A DNA stretch of 64,000 bases from Chiloscyllium plagiosum (Eukaryota): the NCBI RefSeq assembly GCF_004010195.1, contig NC_057719.1, forward strand, positions 91,195,337 to 91,259,336. Direction: 5' to 3'. Shown here piece by piece: positions 26,821 to 40,716 of the stretch. A program made the translations under genes and the position numbers. Position 1 is the stretch's first letter, and every line of letters begins with the position of its first letter. Under the pieces are notes generated by a model. The model made no database searches. It had not been told where the DNA came from and worked only from the letters and a program-made list of their open reading frames with translations.

Positions 26821-26972
26821 TGATATCAGGTTTCCCCTCAATAGTTTTGGCTTGACACCATCCAGAACAAGTGATCTAATTGATTGACATTTTATGCATT
26901 CCCTTAGACATCCATTTCCTCCAGCACTTTTTTCAATACCTTCAGCATGCACATTCACATAATATTCTGCAA

Positions 26973-27060
26973 AGTTAAAAATCACACAACACCAGGTTAT
27001 AGTCCAACAGGTTTAATTGGAAGCACACTAGCTTTCGGAGCGACCCTCCTTCATCAGGTG
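26973..27060 (-). repeat. Short interspersed repeat carrying a minimal hammerhead motif
   Basis: Reverse complement: cac CTGATGA a ggag ggtcg ctcc GAAA gct a gtg...cctgttggactataacctggtgttgtgtgattttt. Related copies at 35150-35342 and 62030-62191. Confidence 0.7.
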
Positions 27061-28326
27061 AAGACATGGAAGGATGATAAATAAATCTGGCCTCAGAGCA
27101 TTGGCTATATCCTGACAGCAATTAAAAGAATTGGTCTTCAGTGAGGTGTTCGACATGGTTCCTCATGGTAGGCAGGTTAACAAGGTTAGATCACATGGAA
27201 TACATGGAGAACTGGCTCAAAAGAGAGAAGACAGATGGTGGTGGAAGCTGGTACAATTAGAAAACATTTAAAAGGCATCCAGGTGGATATGTGAATAGGA
27301 AAGGTTTAGAGGGATAGGGACCAAGTGCTGGCAAACAGGACTAGATTAATTTAGGGTATCTAGTTGGCATGGATTTGGAAAATGGACTGTTTCCGCGCTG
27401 CACATCTCTATGACTCCATTGCCATTTATCGAATGTCCTCTATGTGTCCAGTTCCCAATGCAAATGTTGAAACAGAAAATAAACGTCAGTTGAGATGGTG
27501 CAACATTTAAAAGTGCAGTAAGCAAACATAGACACGAGAATCATTTTCCACATGAACTATTACCATACATACAGAAATAAAAGTCAAATCTTAAAAAAAA
27601 GGTAAAAAGCAGACTTTTACATGGATAATTTGACAGGTTGGCAAACATGCTTGAATTGAACCAAAGTAAAATACAAGGAAGGTTATCACAGGTTAATAAA
27701 TTTAAAAAACCCACACATTTAGTTCATATTAATTATTAAACGCCTGTTTTTATAACGACAATTTATTTATATCAATTTTCAAACAGTTATTGATTTTATA
27801 ACATTATGAACTGCAGGTATGTACAATGAAACAAAATCATTATCATCTTCAGGATTACACTTAGGTTTTGTAATGTTTGAGCTTTAATCTTTGCAAAAAC
27901 AGACTTAACCTTTACATGAGGGATTTGGAATATCATGTTTTAGGTCAAAAAAACTAGAATTCACTTCTACATATGCCCCATAGATGAGAATTGATGGAAT
28001 TTTATGGATATCGTTTTTATCAGTCAAAATTAATTTCTGCTCATGGCTCTGCCAACTTTTGCCAAACAATCTACAGGCAGCAAACAGTGATTTGTTGGCT
28101 CATGAAAGGGAGAAGGGCATTCTGCTTCCAGAATCGAACAGGAAAAAAATACCTGTATCCAAGGTTTTGGCATTCTACTTGCATTTTCATCAAGTAATTA
28201 ACATTACAATGCATCTTTTTTTTTAGCATAGATGATATTGAAGGGAAAGCTGGTACTGATTTTAGTAATACCATAATAATTAAAGGGAAAAGGGAATTAC
28301 AAGTTAAAAATGTCTGTACTTCATTA

Positions 28327-28473
<147 letters not shown>

Positions 28474-30432
28474 TTACTAAGTGACATAATTGAAACAAAC
28501 ATGTACATTCAAACTCTGAAGCACAGTTAATCCATCAATGCACTACAGCAGTTATTTTGCAACAAGGACAAAAAAAATCTTTCAAAGCCCATAAATATTG
28601 TATGAGTTCATATATATGAGTTATAAACAAATGAATTAACCTATACATATGCAAATTGTTTTCTTCCTGGTGTGAGTTGTTTAAGCAGTAAATACAGTTT
28701 GCTGCAATTATAACTTTACAAACCAGGTATGGACAGAAGTCTCTTGCAGAATGTTCCAATGCCAGGCAAACCTGAACTGTCCCATAAATTTCAATCTTTT
28801 TTAAATGGTCGCTCAGATTCTCCATGATGAACTATTTGCAACGATATTAGCCAAGATCTGTTTCAAATTTCTCGAGTAGATGGAGACCAAAGCTTGGTCA
28901 AAGGAACAGATTTTAAGGAGTTCCTTTGGAGAAAGAAAAGGTGGAATGAGGGTTTTATGGATGGAATTCTAGTGCAAAGACCTTTGATAACTGAAGGCAC
29001 ATCTACAAATGATGGAGTGATTACAGCTGAGGATGCTCAGGAGGTCTGAAACAGACCAGGGCAGATAGCTGTGTGGGTTGTAAGGTTGGTAGAAGTTGCA
29101 GCAATAGAGAGGAGACTTACTTGTAAACATTGATCAAAATTCAAAACTTAAAACACTGTTTCAGACAGCCAATGAGCACAAGGATGACAGGTTAACAGAA
29201 CATGACTTAACTTAGGATACAAACAGGGGAAACAAAAATTGAACTGCATATATTTAATTTGGCTAATTCTTAACATTTATTGCAAATAGCCAACATGTCA
29301 CATTATCATGAAGTATGAAAACCAAATATTTCAATAGCAGGATAGGCACATTCACAAATACAGTGCAGTAAAAGTGGATAAATCAGAATTTAAGTAGTTA
29401 GGATTTTGGATACTTGAATAATTGGGGCTCATTCTGGGATATGTGGGATCTCTACAAATAGGATAGCTTACACCGGAACCAGAGTACCACCATTATCCTC
29501 AGGGGCAACTTTGCTATTGCTCTTCGGGAGGGTTAAAACTAATTCAGCAGGGGGATGGGAACTTAAATTTTAGTTCCAATGTCTAGGAGATTGAGAGCAG
29601 TGAGGGCAGAAATGAGCTTTCAAGGTGGCAAGAGTGCAGCAGCAAGCAGGAAAGTGGTTTGAAGTGTGTCAACTTCAACGCCAGGAACATCCGGAATAAG
29701 GTGGATGAACTTACAGCATGGGTTGGTACCTGGGACTTCAACGTTGTGGCCATTTCAGAGACATGGATAGAGCAGGGACAAGAATAGTTGCAGCAGATTC
29801 CGGGATTTAGATGTTTCAGTAAGAACAGAGAAAATGGCAAAAGAGGGGAACATGGGCATTGTTAGTCAAGGACAGTACTAACGTGGCAGAAAGGACGTTT
29901 GAGGACTTGTCTATTGAGATAGTATGAGCTGAGGTTAGAAACAGGAAAGGAGGTCACCCTGTTGGGAGTTTTCTGTAGGCTTCTGAATAGTTCCAGAGAT
30001 GTAGAGGAAAGTATATCATAATTCTGGATAGGAGCAAGAGTAACAAAGTAGTAGTTATGGGGGACTTCAATATTCCACATATTGACTGGAAATATTAGAG
30101 TACTTTAGATGGGTCAATTTTTGTCCAATATATGCGGGAGGGTTTCCTGTCACAGTACGTAGACAAACCAACAAGGGGCAAGGCCACATTGGATTTGGTG
30201 CTGGGTAATGAACCTATCCAACTGTTAGATTCTGAGGTAGGTGAGCACCTTGGTGACAGTGACCACAATTCAGTTATGTTTACTTTAGCGATGGGAGGGG
30301 ATAGGTATATACTGCAGGGAATAGTTATTGCTGGGAGACAAGCAATTATGATCAGATTAGGCAAGATTTAGGATGCATACGATGGGAAAGGAAATTGCAG
30401 GGTTGAACACAATTGAAATGTGGGGTTTATTC

Positions 30433-31299
30433 TATCAGATTACAACAGGATCTTGACCAGATGGGCTAATGGGCTGAGAGGTGGCAGATGGAGTTTAATT
30501 CAGATAAATGCGAGGTGCAGCATTTTGGGAAAGCAAATCTTAGCAAAACTTATACACTTAATGGTAAGCTCCTTGGGAGTGTTGCTGAACAAAGAGACCT
30601 TGGAGTACAAGTTCATAGCTCCTTGAAAGTGAAATTGCAGGTAGATAGGATAGTGAAGGTGGCGTTTGGTATGCTTTCCTTTATTGGTCAGAGTATTGAG
30701 TACAGGAGTTGGGACGTCATGTTGCGGCTGTACAGGACATTGGTTAGGCCACTGTTGGAATATTGTGTGCAATTCTGGTGTCCTTCCTATCAGAAAGATG
30801 TTGTGAAACTTGAAAAGGTTCAGAAAAGATTTACAAGGATGTTGCCAGGGTTGGAGGATTTGAGCTATAGGGAGAGGCTGAACAGGCTGGGGCTGTTTTC
30901 CCTGGAGTGTCAGAGGCTGAGGAGTGACCTTATACAGGTTTACAAAATTATGAGGGGCATTGATAGGGTAAACAGGCAAAGTCTTTTCCCTGGGGTTGAG
31001 GAGTCCAGAACTAAAGGGCATAGATTTAGGGTGAGAGGGGAAAGATATAAAAGAGATCTACAGGGCAACTTTTTCATGCAGAGGGTGGTACATGTATGGA
31101 ATGAGCTACCAGAGGATGTGGTGGAGATTGGTACAATTGCAACATTTAAGAGGCATTTGGATGGGTATATGAATAGGAAGGGTTTGGAGGGATACAGGCC
31201 GGGTGCTGGCAGGTGGGACTAGATTGGGTTGGGATATCTGGTCAGCATGGACCGGTTGGACTGAAGGGTCTGTTTCCATGCTGTACATCTCTATGACTC
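30433..31299 (+). mobile_element. Young 5'-truncated CR1 nested in the older CR1
   Basis: Open 244-aa ORF2 C-terminus (30488..31222), ctctatgactct tail, flanking 'tattc' duplication. Confidence 0.9.
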
Positions 31300-31796
31300 T
31301 ATTCAAGGAACAGCTACCGCGGGTCCTTGATAAGTATATACCTGTCAGGCAGGGAGGAAATAGTCGAGCGAGGGAGCCATAGTTTACTAAAATTTTAAAG
31401 CTCTTGTTAAGAGGACGAAAAGGCTTGTGTTAGGATGAGACGCGAAGACGCAATTAGGGCACTTGAGAGTCACAGTTAGCCAGGAAAGACCTAAAGAGAG
31501 AGCTAAGAGGAGCCAGGAGGGGACATGAAAAGTCGTTGGCAGACAGGATCGAGAAAAACCCTAAAGCTTTCTATGTGTATATCAAGAATAAAAGAATAAC
31601 GAGAGTAAGATTAGGGCCGATCACGGATAGTCATGGGAAGTTGTGCGTGGGGTCCGAAGAGATAGGGGAAGTGCTAAATTAATATTTTTCGTCAATATTC
31701 ATACTGGAAAAAGACAGTTTTTTCAAGTGGAATACTAAAATCCAGACTATCAGACTAGATGGGACTGAAGGTCATAAGAAGGTTGTGAGAGTAATT

Positions 31797-32127
31797 TAGA
31801 TTAGATTACTTACAGTGTGGAAACAGGCCCTTCGGCCCAACAAGTCCACACCGACCCGCCGAAGCGCACCCAGCCAGACCCATTCCCCTACATTTTACCC
31901 CTGCACCTAACACTACAGGCAATTTAGCGTGGCCAATTCACCTAACCTGCACATTTTTTTTTTGGAGTGTGGGAGGAAACCGGAGCACCCGGAGGAAACC
32001 CACGCAGACACGGGGAGAATGTGCAAACTCCACACAGTCGGTCGCCTGAGGCGGGAATTGAACCCGGGTCTCTGGCGCTGTGAGGCAGCAGTGCTAACCA
32101 CTGTGCCACCGTGCCACCCACTATTTT
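31797..32127 (-). mobile_element. Young full-length HE1/V-type SINE
   Basis: Very similar to the reverse complement of 1833-2157; 'taatt' duplication on both sides. Confidence 0.93.
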
Positions 32128-34229
32128 TAATTCTGGAAAATGTGAAAATACCCAAGTCGCCTAGGCTGGATGGGAATTATCCTAGGATTCTCTGGGAAGC
32201 CAGGGAGGAGACTGCCAAGCCTTTGGCTTCAACCTTTATGTCGTCACTGTGTATAGGAATAGTGCCAGAAGACTGGAGGATAGCAAATGTTGTCCCCTTG
32301 TTCAAGGAGGGGAGTGGAGACAACCCTGGTAATTATAGACCAGTGAGCCTTACTTAAGTTCTGAGTAAAGTGTTGGAAAAGATTTAAGAGATAGGAATTA
32401 TAGTAATCTGGAGAAGACGAAGTTGATTAAGGATAGTCAACGCAGTTTTGTGAAGGGTAGGTCACACCTCACAAATCTAATTGAGTTCTTTGAGAAGGTG
32501 ACCAAACAGATGGATGAGGCTAAAGCGGTTGATGTGGTATATGGATTTCAGTAAAGCACTTGATAAGGTTAAGGTTCCCCACGGTAGGCTAATGCACAAA
32601 ATATGGAGGCATGGGATTGAGGGTGATTTAGTGGTTTGGATCAGAAATTGGCCAGCTGAAAGAAGACAGAGGGCGATGGTTGATGGGAAATGTTCATCTA
32701 GAATTCAGTTACTAGTGGTGTACTGCAAGGATCTGTTTTGGGGCCACTGCTGTTTGTCATTTTTATAAATGACCTGGATGAGGGCATAGAAGGAAGGGTT
32801 AGTAAATTCGCGGATGACACTAAGGTCGGTGGAGTTGCAGATAGTGCCAAAGGATGTTCCAGGTTACAGAGGGACATAGTTAAGCTGCAGAGCTGGGCTG
32901 AGGTGTGGCAAAGGGAGGTTAATGTGGAAAAGTATGAGGTGATTCACTTTGGAAGGAGCAACAGGAATAAAGAGTACTGGGCTAATAGTAAGATTCTTGG
33001 TAGTGTAGATGAGCAGAGAGATCTCAGTGTCCATGTACATAGATCCCTGTTTGATAGTGTTGTTAAGAAGGCATACGATGTGTTAGCTTTTATTGGTAAA
33101 GGAATTGAGTTTTGGTGCCACGAGGTCATGCTGCAGCTGTACTAAACTCTGGCGCTGCCGCACTTGAAGCATTGTGTACAGTTCTAGTCGCCACACTATA
33201 GGAAGGACATGGAAGCTTTGGAAAAGGGTGCAGAGGAAATTTACTCGGATGTTGCTTGGTAGGGAGGGAAGGTCTTATGATGAAAAGCTGAAGGAGTTGA
33301 GGCTGTTTTCATTGGAAAGAAGGAGGTTGAGACATCAGATAATCAGAGGGTTAGAGCGGGTGGACAGTGAGACCCTTTTTCCTCGGATGGTGAGGGCTAG
33401 CACGAGGGGACATAGCTTTAAACTGAGGGATGATAGACATAGGACAGATGACTGAGGTAGTTTCTTTACTCAGTAGTAGGTGCATAGAATACACTGCCTG
33501 CTACAGTAGTAAACTCACCAACTTCAAGGACATTTAAATGGTCATTGGATAAACATATGGATGAGAATGGAATAGTGTAGGTTAGATAGGCTTCAGATTG
33601 GTTCCACAGGTCAGCGTAACATCGAAGGCCGAACGGCCTGTACCACGCTGTAATGTTCTATGTTCTATTAGAAAGGACGTGATCAGATATTGTAAAATAT
33701 GCCTTAGTGAAAATTACCATATTTTCAATGCTGAGTTAACGTTTCTGGTGTGTTCTGGACAATGGATAAGGGCACACAAGAGAAAAAAAGACCTAAATAG
33801 AACACTTTTAAAAGTGACTCAGCATTTTTATTGGGGTGAAAAAAATCACTCATTAGCAAAAAGTGAAACAAAAATGAATGACAAATGTTTACAATGACTT
33901 CAGTCATAACATTTACAAACTCAAGAGCTAGTGAATATGGCCAGGGTAGGAAAATTGGTAAAAGACAAGCCTAAGGCTCTTTACCTGAATGCACTCAGAA
34001 TTCGCAACAAATGGATAAATTGATAGCACATTAAAAATATATGATAGGATAGCCAGTGTAAAGACGTATTTGTAAAGTGACCCCCACTAGTAGGTGAACA
34101 TGCAAGGCTTTCAACGTTTAGAAAGAAGGGGGGAGATAAGGTGGAGGAGAGCATCTCAGTAATCAGGAGTAAAGTCAGTATAGTCACGAGATTATAATCA
34201 TTGTTAATAAGATCAACATTGATGCTCGG

Positions 34230-36255
34230 TGTAGTGATTGGAACAAGGTTGGCCAGCTATGCCTCATTGAACAGGAGTTCCCAAATTGGACTGTTAACCT
34301 GAGCCAAACAGGGAATCCAGGCTGACAGACATAAACAGAGTCTCAGGGACTCTTCTCACTCTAGGGACTGGCTCTGAGCAAGTTGGTCAGAGTCCATGTA
34401 CTGTCCATGTGAGTGAGTAAAGGGTGACCTAATGACTGGATACTGGCCTCCATGTGGTTATTTCAGTGGAATGAGAGAAAACAATACACTCCTGAAGAAA
34501 GTTCATTTGCAACTGTTCTTTGTGTTGGGGTAAGCATTTCTGGCATGATGCTGTTATTTGGGAGGCTGGACTGGTTCGATCCTGGACCCAGTATGTGGGA
34601 GGAATGTATTAATTTTTCTGTGCAAATTACATTGGGGGCCAATGAAAAGCAACAAGTAATTCTTCTGATTGGTTGCGGACCCACAGCATTTTCAGTTATT
34701 AGGAGCTTAACATTCCTAGAGGCACTAGAAGCTAAAACTTTTCAAGAATTGATGGATTTAGTGAAGCAATATTATGACCCCCAAGATTTCTTTTAATTCT
34801 GAGATGATACCTGTTTTATTCAGCAGCTCAAGAACCAGGGGAATCAGTTTTGGGTGCTTTGACAAGGTTAAGATGACTGGCAGAGGCATGTGATTTTGGG
34901 TTAACCCTGAATAAGATGCTGAGAGATCGTGTGGAGTTAATAACATAACCACACAAAAGCACCTACTAGCTGAAGCCCAACTGGACATCAAACAGACACT
35001 ACAGCTGGCTTTGCCGTTAGGCAATGCAGCAAGTGGAGCACGTGTGCTGCAGGGTAATCTGATGGTAGTGGATACACTCACCTGGCTTACTGAGCTTGGG
35101 AACACACAAGTGTAGGCAAGCGCATCGCCTCATGCAGGACATATACTGATCAGAAGTCACAACACCATGTTGTAATCCAATAGGTTTATCTGAAATCACA
35201 AGTTTTCATAGCGCTGCTCCTTCACCTGTTAAAGGAGCAGTGCTCTGAAAGCTTGTGATTTCAAATGAACCTGTTGGATTATAACCTGATGATGTGTGAC
35301 TTCTGGCCTCATCACCTCAGTCCAAAACCGGCCCCTCCACATCAGAACATATCCTGAGCAGAGAGATCCCACGTCAACTCAGAGTAACACCCCAAAATAA
35401 TGCCAAGCCTCAGTCAAATGGCTAAAAAGTTCTTCAGAATACGGGCAGCAAGTCACGTAGCTGCTGCCGGTATGGACAAGAGATAGCAATGGTGCCCTAG
35501 GAGACCTGACTTGAGTATCCAGGTGAGTGCACACACTGGAAAGTCCACCTTGAGGTTTGGAATGCTTAAATTGCTTAGCAACATCCAAATCTAAATCAAA
35601 TCAAATCAAAATAAACGTCTAATTAAATGGTCACCCAGCCTAATAGAGGTTGACATCAGTGCAGCTGTATCAATGATTGCAGAACCAGTCCTTTAATAAG
35701 ATTTGCTCTGGACTCCAATCTTCCAAGTTTCTGCAAACCTCAGCCAGACCGAGAATATGTACCAGCGAACCACTACAAATTAAGGATATGACTTCAGTTC
35801 CTGTGTCCAATGAGAAGCAGCTGGTGCAGTTACCACTGATTGTGGTAAAAGGCTCCAGCCGAAGCTTGATGGGGCAAATTTAGTCAAGAAAGATTCAACT
35901 TGATTGGCTCAACATTTTTTGATTATAAAATGATTACCAGAGTAAAGTCCTAATTGAATACACAGAAGGTTTTCAACAAGGTCGAAGGACTGTCAAAGGA
36001 GTCAAGGCCATCTGATATGCTGACCCGAAAGCAATTCTGCAAGGCCATTTGCCTTGTGTGTATGAGTAGAATCAGAAATCAGGAGGCTGGAAAGCAAAAG
36101 GAATCATCCAAACCAGTGTAGTTTACAAAATGGGTAGCACTGGACATACCAATTGCAAAAACTGATAGGTCAGTTTGCCTTTATGGGTGGATTTTAAGCA
36201 AACAATAAACCACTTTTCGCAGCTAGATGAACACCCAATCCCTCACACCAGGAGA
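34230..36255 (+). mobile_element. Decayed Ty3/Gypsy (Mag-like) LTR retrotransposon: 5' LTR, gag, protease, start of RT
   Basis: LTR TG..CA at 34230-34465 followed by a PBS-like gTGG. gag LFGRLDWFD...ILLIGCGPTAFSVIRSL...KTFQELMDLVKQYYDP; protease EVDISAAVS; RT KWVA...K.DRSVCL..DFKQTIN. Confidence 0.85.
35150..35342. repeat. Palindromic (head-to-head) copy of the hammerhead-bearing short repeat, inserted in Gypsy gag
   Basis: About 35150-35225 is the reverse complement of about 35230-35305. Flanked by caggacatatactga / cagaacatatcctga (15-bp TSD, 2 mismatches). Confidence 0.75.
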
Positions 36256-36299
36256 CGCATTCGAAAAACTAGTTTATTGTAAAAGTACTGATTACGGTA

Positions 36300-37445
36300 C
36301 AAGATGTAGAAATTGACAATGGTATCAGGAGGAGATTTTGAACAAGTATTTTGTTTTCACAAGTAGAAGATATAAAAAGCATCTTAAGAATAGTAGAAAA
36401 CCAGTATTTAAAATAGAGAGAGCAACTTAAAGCAATCACAACATCTAGGAAAACTAACGGGTGACAAGTCTCTTAGGCCAAGTGTTCTGCTTCATAGACT
36501 CTCAAAGGAAGTGGGTGTAAAGATAACTGATCCATTAATTGCAATCTTTAAACATTTCCTGGAAATGCCCCAGTGGTTTGGAAAGCTGCAAATGTAACAC
36601 TTTTTTATTAAATAAAAACAGACAAAAGGCCAAAACAAATTCAGTTAAGCCTGGCATCTATCATTGGGAAAATATTAACATCCAGAGGTGCTACCAGGAG
36701 TTTAATATAATCATAAAGCAATCAGGTAGGTCAACATAGTTTTGTGTAAGTAACAGAGTTCTTGTCAAATTTACTGCAGCTCTTTGAAAATGTAACAGGG
36801 TGGATAACAGGAAACCAGGCATAGAGTACTTTGGTACCCATAAAGCATTCTAGCAAATGCCACAAAGGTTATTGCAAAAGCTAAAAGCTGAAACTATTGG
36901 GAGATGACACATCAGCAAGGATACGTGATTAGCCAACTGTATGACAGAAAGCCGCAGGGATCAGTCTTAAAATTTTAATTATTTATGATCTACATTCATA
37001 ACATGGATAAAGAAAGAAAATACTTGCATTTGAAGTAGTCAGAGAAGGCTTTGTGGTTTGCTTCATATTTGAGCAGGACCGGCATATAATCATTGGGGTT
37101 AAGAATGAAAGCTGATCTACTTGAAATACAAGATACTGAAAGGTTTGACAGGGTTGAGATGGTGAGGATGTTTCCTCTTGAGGGAATCTAGAACCAGGGC
37201 ACAGAATAAAATAAGGGGTAGCTCATAGAAGATGGAAATAAGGAGGAAATTCTTCTCAGAAGGCTGATACTCTTTAGAATGCTCTTTGCCAAAAAGAAGT
37301 GGAGATTTGGTCATTGAATACATATTCAAGGCTCAACTGATTGACAAGGAAGTCAGTGGTTATGGCGACAGGCAGTAAAGTGGAGTTAAATACATAAGCA
37401 TATCAGTTGTGATTTTTTTTGAATGGCAGAACAAACACAATGGAC
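36300..37445 (+). mobile_element. Very old CR1 remnant
   Basis: Degraded WKAANVT, aggaggaaattcttctc and CR1-like 3' end. Confidence 0.55.
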
Positions 37446-37586
37446 TAAATATTTTAGTCCTGCAAAGAAGATTGATGAGGGCAGAGCAGTAGATGTGATC
37501 TATATGGACTTCAGTAAGGCATTCGACAAGGTTCCCCATGGGAGACTGATTAGCAAGGTTAGATGTCATGGAATAAAGGGAGAACT

Positions 37587-37904
37587 TTGGGCAGCATGGT
37601 GGCACAGTGGTTAGCACTGCTGCCTCACAGCGCCAGAGATCCGGGTTCAATTCCCACCTCAGGCGACTCTCTGTGTGGAGTTTGCACATTCTCCCCGGGT
37701 CTGCATGGGTTTCCTCCGGGTGCTCCGGTTTCCTCCCACAGTCCAAAAATGTGCAGGTTAGGTGAATTGGCCATGCTAAATTGCCTGTAGTGTTAGGTGC
37801 ACGGGTAAATGTAGGGGAATGGGTCTGGGTGGGTGCGCTTCGGCGGGTCGGTGTGGACTTGTTGGGCCGAAGGGCCTGTTTCCACACTGTAAGTAATCTA
37901 ATCT
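37587..37904 (+). mobile_element. Full-length HE1/V-type SINE
   Basis: A and B boxes, aatct tail, 'aact' duplication. Confidence 0.92.
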
Positions 37905-38375
37905 AACTAGCCATTTGGATAAAGAACTAGCTCAAAGGTAGAAGACAGAGGGTGATGGTGGAGGGTTGTTTTTCAGACTGGATGCCTGTGACCAGTGGAA
38001 TGCCACATGGGTCGGTGCTGGGCCCTCTACTTTTTGTCATTTACATAAATGATTTGGATGCGAGCATAAGAGGTACAGTTAGTAAGTTTGCAGACGACAC
38101 CAAAATTGGAGGTGTAGTCGACAGCAAAGAGGGTTACCTCAGATGACAACAGGATCTGGACCAGATGGGCCAATGGGCTGAGAAGTGGCAGATGGAATTT
38201 AATTCAGATAAATGCGAGATGTTGCATTTTGGGAAAGCAAATCTTAGCAGGACTTATACACTTAACAGAGACCTTGGATTGCAGGTTCATAGCTCCTTGA
38301 AAGTGGAGTTGCGGCATTTGGTATGCTTTCCTTTATTGGTCAGCGTATTGAGTACAGGAGTTGGGAGGTCATGTT

Positions 38376-38543
38376 TTTTAGATTAGATTACATTACATTA
38401 CAGTGTGGAAACAGGCCCTTTGGCCCAACAAGTCCACACCGACCCGCCGAAGCACAACCCACCCATACTCCTACATTTATACCTTACCTAACACTACGGG
38501 CAATTTAGCATGGCCAATTCACCTGACCTGCACATCTTTGGAC
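38376..38543 (-). mobile_element. 5'-truncated HE1/V-type SINE
   Basis: 3' half only; 'tgtt' duplication in the CR1 host. Confidence 0.88.
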
Positions 38544-40716
38544 TGTTGCGGCTGTACAGGACATTGGTTCGGCCACTGTTGGAATATTGCGTTCAATTCT
38601 GGTCTTCTTCCTATCAGAAAGATGTTGTGAAACTTGAAAGAGTTCAGAAAAGATTTACAAGGATGTTGCCAGGGTAGGAGGATTTGAGCTATAGGGAGAG
38701 GCTGAGCAGGCTGGGGCTGTTTTCCCTGGAGCGTCGGAGGCTGAGGGGTGACCTTATACAGGTTTACAAAATTATGAGGGGCATGGATAGGGTAAATAGG
38801 CAAAGTCTTTTCCCTGGGGTGGGGGAGTCCAGAACTAGAGGGCATAGGTTTAGGGTGAGAGGGGAAAGATATAAAAGAGACCTACAGGGCAACTTTTTCA
38901 TGCAGAGTACGTGTATGGAATGAGTTGTCAGAGGATGTGGTGGAGACTGGTACAATTGCGACATTTAAGAGGCATTTCGATGGGTATATGAATAGGAAGG
39001 GTTTGGAGGGATATGGGCTGTGTACTGGCAGGTGGGACTAGATTGGATTGGGATATCTGGTCGGCATAGACGGGTTGGGCCGAAGGGTCTGTTTCCATGC
39101 TGTACATCTCTATGACTCTATGCTCCTATTTCTTATGATCATAGTAAGGGGGAACACTCTTCTGCAACTGGATGTCCTAATATCCAACTGAGAATGATAA
39201 AGACACCTGACTACTGACGATGTCCGAGTTCCACAGTTTGAATAACGGTGCTGAAATAGATTCTTGCAATTTTTCCAGATTGTCTTGGGATTTGAAATAG
39301 CAGGAAAGTGCAACTTATGTGATTTAACTGATTGATTCAACTGCAAATATATAAAATTTTGTGAAGTTACCTTTACTCTGTTCCATCTAATTGGAATTAG
39401 TTCAGCTTTCAGATTCCAATGGGAAAATGTTTAAATAATGCGAAGCTGTCAACATTTTAAATTAGAAAAAAAATTTACAAGAGTTCAACTAACTAACCAG
39501 ATATTCAGCAAATGGTCTTGTCAAAGCAGAAGAGCTAAGCCTCATATTGCATTAATTATGAGTATGTATTCTGTTTCCTGCTATCTACACTCAATTGCAC
39601 AGGTCATTTTTGCTCACTTGCTTGACGGCCATTTTTATCACATGGGATACACATTATTAGTGACATGAATTTAGTCTTCAATGTTCATTATAAAGAGCAG
39701 GATAAAAGTGGAGCCTGAATTATAGACAAAGTTGCACAAAGAATTACTACTGGTCAAAAAAATGAAGTACAACAGAACCTTTAATGAAAGCGACTCACAA
39801 TACAGTTGAGATAAATTATATTCTGCAAAGTTATGGCTAATGATTCAAACAGCTGAACTACTGGAGTATTTCCTTCATGTTGCAAAATGAAGTTTTCTTG
39901 GATCTGAAGAAACACTAGGTAGACTACTGGGAGAAAGCAATCCAATTAACTGACACCATCACCACTTCCAGGAAGTATCAAAACAACATGACCACAACAA
40001 ATGACTACTGCAGGACACCCTGACTGGAGTACATAATAAGACAATGACTGCAGGATTTGACAATGTGGTATTTTTGCTGCATAAAATGCATTACTTAAAA
40101 ATATTTCCAAGAATACTTCTAGAACAGTGAAACATTCACTTAAGTGACAGATCTACAATGGGAAGTGCAAATAATCGCTACATACTGTTGCTGAAAGAAA
40201 CAGAAACAGCATAATAGTAAAGTGATTTTAAGAAAGAACAGATAACTAGATAAACAATCTTGAATTAAATGGATCCATTTCTGCAAAGTTATACATAGCT
40301 AGAATGAGACTTTGGTATAATCATAGGATTCTACTTTTCTACGATATCACAGGGAAATGTACAATAAATAAACACCTGATATCCTAGGTTAGGATAAACT
40401 TTGAAAGATTCCTTTATGGAAAGAAAAGCACATGTACACTGAAAAGCTGTTTGCTCTTGCTCACATCAAGGTCACATTAACCCAATTTATCTGTAAAGAT
40501 TGGGCACTTTTTCTGCCACAGCACTATTTAAAACTAGAGGAGAGAAACTGGAAGTGATCCAAGGAGCAGAAAAGTTCCAATTGATTAGCTGGCTAGAAGA
40601 CAGAAGCAACAATTAATCTTGAAGGGGTTGATGATTTCAACAGATTGCCCTACTCTCCCAGGTTGGCTCAAATATTCTCCTATCCATTAGCTAGCACATC
40701 ACGTGTCCCCTCCAGA

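Larger units (their letters stand above)
29400..33670 (+). mobile_element. Near full-length CR1 LINE (ORF1 C-terminus, EN, RT, 3' UTR) hosting a younger CR1 and a SINE
   Basis: ORF1 remnant NNWGSFWDMWDLYK*DSLH.N; EN start FNARNIRNKVDEL...VVAISETW; SDHNSV; PGNYRPVSLT; KFADDTK. Confidence 0.9.
37463..39122 (+). mobile_element. 5'-truncated CR1 RT plus 3' UTR with two SINE insertions
   Basis: AVDVIYMDFSKAFDKVPH, GSVLGPLLF, FADDTK; ctctatgactctatg tail. Confidence 0.92.

Noticed and set aside
27984..28274. Cluster of short ORFs next to the 66-bp exon as a possible alternative exon
   Set aside because: No similarity to TTBK sequence, and the six exons already join without gaps.
30488..31222. 244-aa open reading frame as a possible host gene
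   Set aside because: It is the C-terminus of CR1 ORF2 in a 5'-truncated copy that lacks EN and most of RT.
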